Below the pieces are notes generated by a model, which searched no databases, was not told the origin of the DNA, and saw nothing but the letters and a program-made list of their open reading frames with translations. DNA of 64,000 bases from Takakia lepidozioides (lineage: Eukaryota > Plantae > Bryophyta), in NCBI GenBank assembly GCA_030704615.1, contig CM060733.1, positions 11,222,001 through 11,286,000 on the forward strand, given 5' to 3'. The translations under genes and the position numbers were made by a program. The stretch's first letter is position 1, and each line of letters starts with the position of its first letter. Below, piece by piece: positions 38,637 to 51,542 of this stretch.

Positions 38637-41600
38637 GGTGACTGAGAATGCCTTCATTGCCACCAACTTGTCCCATATGCTCTTCCGAGTGAAGGATGTC
38701 GGGAAGCAGGGGGTGCAAGAGTTTGCCAATTCGCTCAGTGCCGACCTCCTGCGCAAGTCGGAGGCAAAGGCAGACAAAACCTGGTATAGGCTGAGCATGG
38801 ACGCCATGGTGGACTACATATTTCGGTAAAGCTCCTGACTGTTTTGTTGAGCTAATCTGTCTCTCCTCCCCCAATAGAAGAAAAAGTGTTGAGCAGGATC
38901 TCTAATCTTATGTACGCATTCTTGACAGACGAAAATTCAGCAGGATTTGGCACATGCGCGGAGGTTCTACATGGAGTCAGAGGAGAAGAATCTAACCCTC
39001 CCGGCACTCGAATCATATCTCAAAGCTGCGGAGGTGAGGGCCCGCATAAAGTACAAGTCGCGGATGGTACAGTACGTGGCCATAGCTGATCCCGCCCTTG
39101 GTGCCGACTTTCTGGTGGAGGTGGGGAAACACTACTCCCGCGTTCTGAAGCCCACGATGACATTGGAGAAGCTCCATCGTCTAGCCACATCTTGTGTGGA
39201 TAGTGCAGAAAAGGTGATACATTCTTAACCAAATTGTGATGGCAACAACTCGTTTTTGTGGTGTTTGGCGCTTACGAATATGCTGGGTGGTTGGACAGAC
39301 CCGGTGGCTCCAAATCTGGAATGGTTCCCAAAGTACAAGGGACATGTGGAGCTTCCCCAAACCGGACAAACTGTCTGACCCGACATTCGACATGTGGATG
39401 AACCGCATGACATGGTGGTTTCAGGTACTTCCCCACGCTTCGTTTGGCGCTTCTACTCTTGTAGGGGGTGGATTCATTGTATTTTTTCAGCAATGCGATC
39501 TGATGGAGAATCTCCACAGGTGACGACGAATGCGCAAGAGCAGCTGGACACACAAGCACATCAGTTCAAGATGGAGATTTCTCCTGCAGCAGAGAGCCTA
39601 CACGACTATGTGACGAGGTACTTTCTGCTCTACAAAACCGACCTATTCTTTCGGGAGATACCACATGCCCGCCGGAGCCACGAGTTCATTGACCAGCCGA
39701 ACGCGGACAAAGCAGCAATGCGCCTTCTGTACAGGTACATACGTGATGCTTTCCTTACAGTCCTTGCATTTTTCGCCGAATTTCCAGATCAGGGCTCCGA
39801 AAATGGCTAAGTCCCTAGGGTGGCTGGCCCTGAACTGGAAATTTGGCGCCATTTTTCCAGGTCAAGGCCATATGGGACTTAGCCATTTTCGGGCCGGACC
39901 TAGGAAAATGGCGCCGAATTTCCAGTCAGGGCTCCGAAAATGGCTAAGTCCCTAGGGTGGCTGGCCTTGAACTGGAAATTCGGCGCCATTTTTCCAGTTC
40001 TGGGCCCTATTGCCGTTCTGGGACTTAGCCATTTTCGGGCCGGACCTGGGAAAATGGCGCCGAATTTCCAGTCAGGCTCCGAAAATGGCTAAGTCCGTAG
40101 GGTGGCTGGCCCTGAACTGGAAATTCGGCGCCATTTTTCCAGTTCTGGGCCCTATTGCCCTTGTGGGACAGCCATTTTCGGGCCGAACCTAGGAAAATGG
40201 CGCCGAATTTCCAGTCAGGGCTCCGAAAATGGCTAAGTCCGTAGGGTGGCTGGCCCTGAACTGGAAATTCGGCGCCATTTTTCCAGTTCTGGGCCCTATT
40301 GCCCTTGTGGGACTTAGCCATATTCGGGCCGGACCTTGGAAAATGGCGCCGAATTTCCAGTCAGGGCTCCGAAAATGGCTAAGTCCGTAGGGTGGCTGGC
40401 CCTGAACTAGAAATTCGGCGCCATTTTTCCAGTTCTGGGCCCTATTGCCGTTCTGGGACATAGCCATTTTCGGGCCGGACCTGGGAAAATGGCGCCGAAT
40501 TTCCAGTCAGTGCTCCGAAAATGGCTAAGTCCGTAGGGTGGCTGGCCCTGAACTAGAAATTCGGCGTCATTTTTCCATTTCTAGGCCCTATTGCCGTTCT
40601 GGGACTTAGCCATCTTCGGGCCAAACCAGGAAAAATGGCGCCGAATTTCCAGTTCAGGGCTCCCAAGATGGCTAAGTCCCTAGGGTGGCAGTCACCGAAA
40701 ACCGAAATTCGGCGCCATTTTTCCATTTCTAGGCCTACTCAGATCCGCCCCAACCTGGGAAAATGGTGCCAAATTTCCAGTTCAGGGACCTCATTGTGTT
40801 TTTCATGAATGCAGGTACTGCAAGTTCTCCCTTTTGGAGAAATGTCATCTGTCTTTCGAGCCACCATTCTTCCTGGCATGGAGGAACCTTGGGGCTGACT
40901 CCATGTACACTGACGATATTATGAAGGAGTGGCATCTGGAACATTGGCGTGATTGCCCTTGGTATGTGGACCTTCCGCCCGGCATGCTCGACCCATCCGA
41001 GTTTCAATTGAAGCTGGATGCTGAGGCCCGACGAAAACCGGGCTCCGCTGCCTCCACTGGGTCCAAAAGAGGCAAAAGCGCTTGCCAACTCTAGGAAAGC
41101 GGCAGAGCTTGCTCAGGCAGGAATTCAGGAGAAATTGAATGAGAAGAGTAAAGGCCAAAGGAAAAGGACAAGGAAACAGGTGAGTGAGCAGTAACACCCA
41201 AAAAACAGAAAACCATCGGGCATCGGAGCAGGCGCAGGAGGGGACCCAAGAGAGTGACTCGGACGACGACTTTGTTCAAGGTCCTGCGACTACTGTTGCT
41301 GCTACCCAGTCACCGGTCGTCCGGGTTCCCAAGTCAGTTCGGAGTGGGACTGGCTCTGCCAAGAAGTTGGCATTTGAGGGCGAGCCTACACGGTGGTATT
41401 CGGCGGTGACGTTTACGCACAGGCCAAAGTTAGAACCTCCAACCATCATCCAATGCGTCAATGAGAGCTTCCTTGACGCTCTCGCTGCCAGGGCGAAGAA
41501 GGTGGCACATCAAGTCTCTGGCGGAGCAGAAGGGGAAAGCCAAGAAGAGGGCTGCCGGTACAGAGCCTAAAGACACCCCTGGTTTTGAAGCCATGATGGA

Positions 41601-41927
41601 ATTCTTCACGGCTGTGAGCATGGATTGCAAGAGCACTCGGGGGGGGGGGTTGAGGTGGAGAGAGCTTGCGACATGATTCTCCTCGACATTCCAGATGGGG
41701 AGCTGCTGGAGGGCCTGGATGGTGTGCCCACCTGGAACAGGTTTACTGAGGACTACTGGAAAGCCGGGTTTGGGCTGGCGGGGATGCTTCTGGACAACGG
41801 TGGATGTGTGGTTGTCCTTGCCACAAGAGGGAAGACCACAGAGAATGCGGTGGCAAGGTGGACACCGAAAAGTGTCACCCCGGTCCTCCTCAGAAAATGG
41901 TTCTGCATTAATACACAGGGGTTGCGA
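38637..41927 (+). pseudogene. Middle part of the ParB-MTase cargo gene (exons 38637-38825, 38929-39213, 39299-39424, 39520-39734, 40815-~41927), ending in an MTase catalytic-motif region
   Basis: GT-AG introns join the ORF pieces in frame (one 1-bp slip at exon 38825). Intron 39735-40814 joins TAC AG|G TAC TGC. The last part reads CDMILLDIPDG...VPTWN...GFGLAGMLLDNGGCVVVL, as in beta-class amino-MTases (DLIxxDPPY...LxxxGxxxx). Confidence 0.65.
39770..40790. repeat. Intronic tandem array, ~145-bp unit x ~7, internally inverted
   Basis: GGCTAAGTCC recurs at ~39805, 39942, 40087, 40231, 40377, 40522 and 40670. Each unit has GGACTTAGCCATTTTCGG/CCGAAAATGGCTAAGTCC and GGAAAATGGCGCCGAATTTCCAG/CTGGAAATTCGGCGCCATTTTTCC inverted pairs. 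Confidence 0.95.
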
Positions 41928-42052
41928 ACAGAGGGCCAATGCCACATTTCCATCAAACAATTCTGAAATGGGAATTTACAACAAATATGAGGATTCGCAA
42001 TGAAATGACTTACAATCGGATGGGTCCAAAAGCAAGAGGCGTTGTAACTTAC

Positions 42053-43430
42053 GAGTTGATGTCCGCCATTGCAGCTTTGAGAAGACTGCGATCTTTAGGC
42101 CCCGCAACCTTCAGCACAACACACTCCACGGCGAAATGCCAATCGAGGTCGTTGGGGTGGGCTTCGGCTATGTGCTCCATCCATGCCAGGGGGCGATGAT
42201 TGCCGTCCCACACGTAAAACATCTTTCCGGACAAGTGCTGGAAAAGAGGATCAGTAGCAATCGATCTCTCGAACTCCTCATTTCGCCTTTGCCAATGGGG
42301 ACCCCATTTGTCCACCTCATCGAAAGTGTGGGCACGGGAAGCTCCATGGTCGTTCTCAATGGAAACGTAAAATGTGGCAGACCCCATTCGATATCCATCC
42401 CGGAAAGAGAATTTCAGCTTGTCGATATCGCCTGGGAGGGCAGGTCTCTACCACCTGCAAAGACACCAAGCGCAAAGGGGAATTCGAAGCTTGGCCGGGT
42501 ACACCATGCCCCCTAGCACCCTGCCAATGTTGTTGTGGGTTGCCTCCAACATCTTGGCAGCGGCCAACTTCATATCCGCCTCCGACATGACATCTGCTGC
42601 AGAGGGGTTCTCCGGCAGCCCACCAGGACCGCCAAATCCAGCCTGTATGCTGCGGGTTTGGGGCCTGGGATCGCCCGTCATAAATCTGCTGTGTCGGGTC
42701 CCCTCACAATGGTGAACCACCCCGGCAAACCATCCTCGACACTCTGCACTCCTCCCTGTTCTATACCTGCCATCTTCCCCCCTCCCTCCCCGGCTTCACC
42801 TCGAACTTTGCAACCATCCGTGCTCTTTTGTGGTTGTTCTTTCCTCTCCTCCACTCTCCACCGTATTGGTAATTGCGGGGGCTGCTCTTGTCCGCGATGG
42901 TGTAACCGGTGTTTACTACTGCCGCTCTTTGTGGTGTCTTTGGAGGGATCCACCGTCTCTGTGGCTTCCCCTCGCTTACATTGGCATCTGTCATTTGGGC
43001 ACCCCTGGCCTCTTCAGTGGCCCTTTTCTTCTCTCTTTCCTCCTGCTAGCCTTCTGTCTCGCTTGTTCTTTTGGTTTGCCCTCTCTTTTTGCCCTCTCAC
43101 GGGCTGTCTGTTTCTTATTAGGGCTAGCACAGGGGAGCCCTCCAGGACGACCACCTTTGATTGAGGAGAAGAACACCCTCGCTCGCACTAATCTGCTCAC
43201 TCCCCCTCCCCCCTCCGTAGCCCGTTACTGGCTCTCTCGCCGGGGATTGCATGTGCTTAGCTTTCTTCTTTTCTTCTTCCTTTCTTTGCGTGGGCGGGCC
43301 CTACTGATGTCAGCAACAACCTCCATTTGCCGGATCTGTTGTCCTCATGTCCTCATGCCCTTCACCTGCCATGCCCCCTACACCAACCTCCCCAATGTCT
43401 ATTCTGTCGTACCCCTCGCTGCAGGTCCTC
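42053..43430 (-). pseudogene. 5' exon of the cargo gene: K/E-rich N-terminus and ParB/Srx-like domain
   Basis: After correcting a -1/+1 slip it reads KLRIPLCRLVSLQVVRPALPGDIDKLKFSFRDGYRMGSATFYVS...KMFYVWDGNHRPLAW...AAMADINS. DGNHR is the ParB/Srx arginine-patch signature. It ends at a strong donor TC|GTAAGT (42053/42052). Confidence 0.65.
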
Positions 43431-44444
43431 CTGTCCACCAACAAAAGGTTGAAGTTTGCCCTCTCGCCCCAAGTTGGGTGATTCAACATTGCGTGTGATT
43501 TGAGCGGTCGATGATACCACCACGTGCGGGCTCGTCGTCACTCTGTCATTTTCCCAAAATCGTTATAAACAACATCGGTGCCAAAACCGCATCGCAACGA
43601 GCAGCGCAACACCATAGCAACAATCGTGGACCAAACAATGTAAAACCACACAGTTTTAGAAGTATGGAGTGCCATGGAACAACCTGAAAACAAATCCAAC
43701 CAATGCCTAAGAATGACATAGCACAAGCACCTTCTCCAGAGCTCGGACTTTGCACACCACGGCAACTAAACTATCTAAGGTTCACTCAACCGTAATTGAA
43801 ACACGATGAACAAATGATCAGGAATTCCATAAGACGTGAAAACAGGGTGAAATGTTTTGAAGGCACTTCATCTTCTCACTCAGCATGGATTTCCTTAATT
43901 TTTACCACTACTCAGACCTTGATCATTCTTTCGCAACAGCTGCTGCTTTTGCGATGCAAGCCATACCCTTCCAACGATGCCAGATAAAATGCAAAAAACA
44001 CAAGCGAAAGCAAAAGCGAAAGCGAACAAAGCGAAAGCGAATACGATGGCGTGCCCGAGAGTACTCTGGCTTCAGTTGGCGCGGGTTGTGAGCAAGACAC
44101 TGGAATCATTTGCTCGAGCTTAAGTTTGGCCATGCGAGAGATTGGTCGTCGTCCGTAGTACAAAGCTTTCAAACTTCCGCCGCGGTCTGGATGTGAGGTC
44201 TCTTTCTCAGGAGAGCCACGCCCTTCAGGCGGCATAAAGTCCCAGCCAAAATTAAAAAGATCTCAGAGTTTTTGGCTACAGCCCTCGATAAGAAGTTTAT
44301 CCAAGATTAGCAATCATATTAGGGTACGTATCGAGGAAGCCATGTGTCGCCAGCCCGAATAAAACGGACGGCGGTGGACCTTTAATGCCCAACTACGGCA
44401 ATTAAATGTCGGATGAACCCTCCCTGTCGGATGAAATATGACGC

Positions 44445-45370
44445 AACTCCGGCCCGGAATTTCCAACGTAGAGGTAATTCGAAGCGCAGCAGAATTGAAT
44501 TCCGGCGCCGGATTTCCATCCTGGCGGTAATTCAGAGCGCGGATGGATGGAAATCCGGCGCCCCGGATTTCCATCCGCCAGGTACGGCGGCGCGCAAATT
44601 TCCGTCATGCAGATAATTCGGAGAGCAACAGGATGAAATTCAGCGCCGAATTTCCATCCTGCCAGGTAGGGCGTTCGCGCGAAATTTCGTCGCGCAGGTA
44701 ATTCTGAGCTGGATGGATGGAAATCCGGCGCCGAATTTCCATCCATGCCAAGAGGAGGGCGGCGCGCGAAATTTCCTTCCGCACACTCAGGTAATTCGGA
44801 GGCGGTGGATGGAATCCGGCGCCGGATTTCAATCCGCCAGGTTGGTCGGAGCGCGGATGGATGGAAATTCGGCGCAGGATTTCCATCCGGTCAGGAAGGG
44901 CGGCGCGCGGAATTTCCGCCACGTAGGTAATTCGGAGCGGATGGATGGAAATCCGGCCCCGGATTCCCATCCTGTCAAGAAGGGCGGTGCGCAAAATTTC
45001 CGCCTCGCAGTAATTCGGAGCGGATGGATGGAAATCATCCGGCGCCGGATTTCCATCCGCCAGGTTGGTCGGAAGAGCGGAATGGATGGAAATTCGGCGC
45101 CGGATTTCCATCTTATCTCGAGTCATCACTTTGCGATGACAGGACAAGCGAAGAATGTCTCCCGATGTTGCCAGTAAAATCGTGTCGGTGCAACTTCTTC
45201 ATGTCCATGAAGGGCGGTGCGCAAAATTTCCGTCATGCAGGTAATTCGGAGCGGATCAGGATGGAAATTCGGCGCCGAATTCCCATCCTGCAGGTAATTC
45301 GAAGCCCGGATGGATGGAAATCTGGCGCCGAATTTCCCATTCCGCAGGTAAGTCGAAGCGCCAAATTACC
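44445..45370. repeat. Array of ~30-bp palindromes in ~60-bp variable units
   Basis: A dozen or so copies of GGATGGAAAT(T/C)CGGCGCCG(A/G)ATTTCCATCC, interleaved with GGTAATTCGGAGC and GGCGGCGCGCAAATTTCC. Confidence 0.95.
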
Positions 45371-45504
45371 TTCCTGCAGATAATAATCTGAGCGTGGCCG
45401 CTGGTTTTTTCGGATAAAACAAACTAACTAAACTTGGTGTTTTGTGGCTGAAGTCAACTTTTAGACCGTTTTCATGGAATCCTTGACTGCTAGAGGAAAT
45501 CCGT

Positions 45505-46605
45505 TTTTTCCATCCTGGGAGGTTTTTATATCGTCCAGTTTTGGGCCTCACCACCCCGAAACGGACTTCCTTTGAGGGGGGCCCCTGATGGACATTCGGC
45601 GGCGAATTTCCATCCGGGGGATGGTCTCTGTCGACAGGTGCCGGCCTCTACGCCCGAGGCACTTCGTCCGGGCGTCCCCTGTTGGATATTTGGTGCTGAA
45701 TTTCCGTCCGGGGGTTGAAATGTGACGGCCAGGTGCCGGCCTCTCCCCCCTCCCCGACTGCATCCGAACGGCCTCAGACGGAAATGCGGCGCCGTTTTTC
45801 CAATCCTGGGAGGTTTTTATATCGTCCAGTTTTGGGCCTCACCACCCGACTGGACTTCCTTTGAGGGGGCCCGGATGGAAATTCGCGCGCCGAATTTCTA
45901 TCCAGGGGATGGTCTCTGTCGACAGGTGCCGGCCTCTCCGCCCGAGGCGACTTCGTCCGGGCGTCCCCTGTTGGATTCGGTGCCGAATTTCTGTCCGGGG
46001 GTTGAAATGTGACGGCCAGGTGCCGGCCTCTCCCCCCTCCCCGACTGCATCCGAACGGCCCCGGATGGAAATTCGGCGCCGTTTTCCCATCTGGGGAGGT
46101 TTTTATGTCGGCTAATTTTCGGCCTGACCCCCCGACATGACTTCGTTTGGGGGGCCCGATGGAAATTCGGCGCCGAATCTCCATCCAGGGGATGCTCCCT
46201 GTCGAACACGCGCCGGCCTCTACGCCCGAGGCGACTTCATCCGGGCTTCCCCTGTTGGATATTCGGTGCCGAATTTCCGTCCGGGGGTTGTAATGTGAGG
46301 GCCAGGTGGCGGCCTTTCCCCCGAGCCGACTGCATCCGAACGGCCTCGGATGGAAATTATGTTGGCCAGTTTTCGGCCTGACCCCCTAACACGACTTCCT
46401 TTGGGGGGATCCGAATGGAAATTCGGCGCTGAATTTTCATCCGGGGGTTGTTCTCTGTCGGACAGGTTCCGGCCTCTCTGCCCGAGGCGACTTCATACGT
46501 GCGGCCCCTGCTGGATATTCTGTGCCGAATTTTCATCCGGGGGTAGTAATGTGACGGCACGGTGCCGGCTTCTCCCCTTCAGCCCACATCATCCGGACGG
46601 CCCCC
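45505..46605. repeat. ~288-bp tandem repeat x ~3.8, each unit with about 3 variants of the same palindromic core
   Basis: Units start at ~45505, 45796, 46083 and 46365 (TTTTCCATCCTGGGAGGTTTTTATATCGTCCAGTTTTGGGCC...). Confidence 0.95.
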
Positions 46606-46840
46606 CATTTTCTGACTGCATACCGTTGGCAGTTATTGCACAAAGACCAGGGGCCGCATTCCAGAGACAAGGTTCATTAACACTCTGATTGTGGATTTTT
46701 GAGATAGTTGGCTCCCTGGATTTGGATCAGGCTTCGTCGCTCGGACAAATCGGCACCGCATTCCTTCCCATCGCTGCATCCCCCTTCTACCAGGGAGCTT
46801 GCCCGCACGCCATCCTGGGAGTCTTGTGTGCACATCTCCC

Positions 46841-49800
46841 ATGGCGGAAAACCCGAGCGCTACAGTGTACTGCCCTCCTCACGAGCATAGAGCTTCAATT
46901 ATGTCCAGAGGGGACATCTGCCGGGTGATGGAGAAATATCTGTGCGTTCGATACCACCTGAAACCGGGGTCGGTTTTTTTGGAGGAGGGAAGGAAGGACT
47001 CAAACGGCGTTGTTGTCGAGAGTATTGTTGTGCTCCACGATGATTTCGGCCATGGCAGGGAACCAAATGCACCTTCTATCCTGGCGCCTTCCACGAAACA
47101 ATCCGCGAATCAGAGAGTGGCTACCTCAAAGAGAGAAGTCCGCAACGAAGTAAATCCAGAGCCCAACCCATCAATGAAGACGAGCGAGAACCGGGTTGTT
47201 CACAACCTGTCCGACTCAGACAAGGTCAGTCCTCAATGGACGTCAGTGGACGAGGGAGTCATATTCCCAGCACGAGCACCGCAGTTCGATCTATTCTTGA
47301 AATTCTGCGAGGGTTTCACATGGAGGGACACCGCTCGGAGCTGGCCGGGCTGGACTACAACAAGTTCGCAATTAAATCGGTTACATGCCTGCCCGCAGAC
47401 GTCGACGGTAATATCTTCTTTGAGTTCCCTCCTCGGACGGACTACTCGAGGGCGTCCGGAATGTTGACAGATATGGATAGAAAACATGATGGTCATCCTT
47501 GGTGCGTCACCAGAACCACCAGCATGAAGATGCTCGATGGTGTGCGGGTGCGCTACGTTGTTTGTGTGGGCGCGTTGCGGTGTTTCTCCCCAACTTGCTT
47601 CCATTTTAAATCCAGAGGTCACAAGAACGAGACCGATTGGACAGACACAGCTCATCAACCATTTTCGTGCTCAGGAGAAGGTTCCGAACTCCACATTTAA
47701 GTGTGCGCATTGCAAAGAACCACCACACTGCATGTCTGTTTGTAATGCCAAGCAGTTCTATGTGTTGCACCATTTCCCTGACCTAACCCGAGCTTGCATA
47801 CACGTTGGTTCCCATTGTCACAAATTGGCGAGGGGGAACTCGCGGGAGGCTGCCCACAAGGCAGAGCAGCTCGTTCAGGAGGAGATTAGTTTGAGACCGG
47901 GTGCCAAACCCAAACAGATACAGCTCCAAGCCGCCCATAAGATGGCATTGGCCAGAATTATGTCGGAAGAGGCTCCGATAGAGTTCCTCTCGATGAGAAG
48001 GAAATGGAGGCATTGCTGGAGTCGGTGTCCCACGTATGTTCACCGAATGTCCGAAACCACATTGTCTCATGTAAACAGAAAATTGGGCGTGACTCGGATA
48101 TGCACTCCATCTGGAGGTGAAGCGACGATGTGGATATGACTACATTCATGGAAGTAGGTTTCCAGGACAAGGGACTGAGGCAGATCGTTGTTTCGTATTC
48201 AAAATGTCCACGTGTGGACCTGGCAGCGGCGTCGAACTGGTCGACAGGATGACGAGTGGGGACTTGTCAAACAGTTGGGTCATGTTCGACCATATCAAGC
48301 GAATTACAAATCACCAGTGGGTGACAATGGGTGCACATGTCTACGACACCCACTGCAGGATGCTAATGACAATTGCTATTTGTGAGATGAAAGGAGAGGA
48401 CACACAATCGGAGATGCTTCTTTGGCAGGGAATAAACGAACAGATGGCCAAGGCGGGATTGCCCCCTCCCAATTTCCGTGGTTTCATGGCGGACAACGCA
48501 CAAGCAAATTGGGCTGCCATCCGAAGGGTGTACGGGCAAGACCCCAATGTTCCCATGGAAGGCAAGGAGAGATCTTGTGGGTTCCATTTTCTGCAGAGTC
48601 TTTCGCAGTACACAACCAGGCTCGTGGCGCCAGATTTCAGAGAGGAGCACCGTTCCATGTGTCTTGCGTGGAAGCGCGCTCCCACCTTGGATGATGCAGA
48701 GACACAGTTTGCATGTATACGGGCTTGGTGGACATCGTCAGGTGCTGTAAGAAAATCAGACGAGGGAGCAATGGTCAGTTGGCTAGCATGGTGGCATTAT
48801 CGTTTCCTCCAGTTCGGCGACTATATGCGGGAGGTGAGTTGCACGAATTCGCGTCCCGTTGAATATTATTCTTGGCATTATTTGTAACTTGCTTGTAACC
48901 TCAACATGTGCTTGTGCAGGAGATGTGTCTGGACTCCGACACCGACATGCCCACGACAAACATGGCCGAATCAGTGCATTCTTCCTGGCATGCCTCCTCT
49001 GCGGTGCATCTGGTGGACATCCTCACTGCCACAACGGAGGACATTGTGAGGTCAATTATGCAGCAATGCAGGTACAACGAGTTCTTGAAAGAGAAACAGT
49101 GGGGCTTGGGGCCGGACAGGCAGGAAATGCTGATGCGGACTGCCTCCAGATCGAAGAATCCTCCGAAGTGGGCGGCGGCCTTGCGAGAGGGCCTTCGGGA
49201 CACGCCATTGCTTCGAAGAGGCCAACATTTGGAAGGAGATGTTCATACCTGTCCAGTGAGACGAAGACTTGACGAGGCACCTGGCAGGGAAGAGGATTCA
49301 TGGCGAGCTGACAAGAATATTCGCACGCTCCCTCGTGGTCCCGTGATGTTGCCCGAGGAGGTCTCGTCGAGCACCGCAAGTCCTGCACGTTCAAGATCGC
49401 CATCTCCTTTGAGCACAGGGCACGTGCCTGAGGAACATAACGAGCCATTTGTAGTAACGCAGTACAACATACCCATTGTGGAGACAAGAGTGTCGGAGTC
49501 ACAGTGGAGAATTGGAAGGACATTGCCAGCATTTTGAGGGAAGTGTTGCGCCATTCGGGTGGATACGAGAGCACGCTGTGGTGAGATGATTCGGAGGAAC
49601 CCACACGGTGCTATACCTGCACCTTGTTTCAACGGCAGATTTTTGACTCCCACATTTGCTCACGCCACAACGTAGACATTTTGGTTCTGTAGGCACGACA
49701 TAATGACCTGTGTATTTGGCAAGCCCAAGTACGGGATTCAGGGAATGTCGGAGCCTCCGGGCGTCTGGCCGGTTGCACCGGGTTGCAGCCTCTCTCAGAA

Positions 49801-50332
49801 TGAGGCGGATGCTCTATCTGCAGCAGGATTTCGAATGGTGCAACGCACAGACGTCCCGACCCACACATTTCCAGTTCCTCAGACCCAGCCATTGCAGACT
49901 GCTCGGTCCAGTAGAGACGGATTGGACAATTCTGCACATCCCACAATGCGATTTGGAAGAGTGAAGAGACGACACCCTCCCAACAAGTTGAATGAGACTC
50001 GGATTGCCAATGCTCTTGGGATGGCTTGCACTATTCAAAGCTCCGTGGACGTACCTCCACCCGGCCTTGGGTGTGTTTATCGGTTGGCAACGGCCGGCTC
50101 GGCTGTACGCGTATACACAATTACGATTGGAGTGGAGCCGACTTGCAATTGTACGGACTTCTCGTTGATGGAAGCAAAGAAGGGTTCAAAGTATTATCCA
50201 TGCAAGCATCTGTATTACATTTACCTGAAGAGGTTGAGGATGAACGTGACTATTGATGACTTTATTCATGCACCGGCGTTGAGCGTGAACGAGCTGCACA
50301 AACTCCTCCTTAGGGATTCCAGAAATCATTGA
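46841..50332 (+). mobile_element. Full-length but frameshifted Mutator-like transposase (GCM/WRKY-like N-terminal Zn domain, DDE core, C-terminal SWIM); intron 48834-48919
   Basis: DGHPW...YVVCVGALRC...CAHC...C...RACIHVGSHCH (GCM-like); WVMFDH, GFMADNA, CGFH, TTNMAESVH (MULE D-D-CxxH-E); CNCTDF...YPCKHLY (SWIM). Confidence 0.85.
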
Positions 50333-50479
50333 TGGGGCAAAGGGAATCCTCCATATGGATATTTTCAATTGCATTTTCATGTATCAGATATTTTTTTTGC
50401 AGTGTAATGAAATGCACCCCAAAACTCTTGGAATGAGGCAATATTCCATTCAAATTAAGATCCAACAGAAGCAGTTGTG

Positions 50480-51118
50480 GGGCCATTTCTGGAAAAATGG
50501 CACCGAATTTCTCTATTTTGGGCCGAAAACTGGCTAAGTCCCAACATGCACTGGTACCCCTGTGTCTGGAAAAATGGCGCCGAATTTCCCTATTTTGGGC
50601 CGAAAACTGGCTAAGTCCGAACATGCTCAGGAACGATGTCTGGAAAAATGGCGCCGAATTTCCAGTTACATGGCCCAGAACTGCCCAACATCTGTGCAAT
50701 CCCCGACACCACGTACCGAAATTTGGCGCCACATTTCCAAATTTTGGGCTTACACACCTGTCCTGAGGGGACCTATAGCCGCGGAATTCGGCACCATTTT
50801 TCGCCAGAGAGACCTATTACCGCGAAATACGTCGCGGTTCTTTCCGGTTACAAACCCTATTACCGCGAAATTCGGCGCCATTTTTGCACATGTCGCTGGG
50901 AATTGGCATGAGCGGAAGACGAAATATCATGAGCACAACTCTCAAAACTACAATTTTTCCTTCAAGGTGCCGAATAATATATTTGTTTTTTTCTGACACA
51001 TTGCATTAAATTAATGTTTTATAATATTTTTTATTTTCGAAATTTGTACTTCTGCTCATGAAAACCGATTGTCTTGCTACTCCGCTCATGCCGCTCATGC
51101 TCATGAAAAAGCTAACCT
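50480..51118. repeat. Subterminal repeats and end module 1 of element B
   Basis: GGAAAAATGGCGCCGAATTT and GGCTAAGTCC repeats (as in the intron array), CCTATnnCCGCG x3, then a (CC)GCTCATG cluster at 51054-51105. Confidence 0.7.
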
Positions 51119-51452
51119 TGCTCTATCATTGTCAAACTTCTTCAGGTTTCTGTTATAGAAGAAGAGGTGAAAAAAAAACTTGAGCTCTACCATTGTCAAA
51201 CTTCTTAAGGTTTATGTTATTGAAGAAGAGGTGAAAAAAAACCAGATGGTCATCATGAATGCTTATTTAGGGTTTCTTTGTGAAGAAGAGGTAAAAACAA
51301 TTGAGCTCTATCATTGTCAATCTTGTTCAGGTTTCTGTTGATGAAAAAGAGGTGAAAAAAAAATCAGATGGTCATCATGAATAAATTAGGGATTGTTTGT
51401 GAAGAAGAGGTGAAAAAAAAACTTGAGCTCTATCATTGTCAAACTTCTTCAA
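51119..51452 (+). repeat. ~60-bp two-subtype tandem repeat (about 5.5 units) at the rearrangement junction
   Basis: GCTCTATCATTGTCAAACTTCTT...GAAGAAGAGGTGAAAAAAAA alternating with CAGATGGTCATCATGAAT...GAAGAAGAGGT. Confidence 0.85.
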
Positions 51453-51542
51453 GTGTAAGTTATCGATCTATTGCATTCACCTCATATTGTGGTGTATCTA
51501 AACAAGATCCCGGAGTTGATCCCTATTTTGTTGGATGTGCAG

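Noticed and set aside
39643-40467. ORFs such as MAPNFQFRASHP... and MEIRRRISIH... in the repeat arrays (also 44314-46688)
   Set aside because: Artefacts of translating GC-rich tandem palindromes.
38460-41940. Programmed invertible switch (phase variation) flipping the cargo gene on and off
   Set aside because: No inverted recombination sites flank segment Y, and a single inversion would not reconnect the 3' exons at 51543.
39770-46605. Regular palindromic repeats resembling CRISPR arrays
   Set aside because: The intervening sequences are themselves repeated rather than unique spacers, there are no cas genes, and the context is a spliced eukaryotic transposon.
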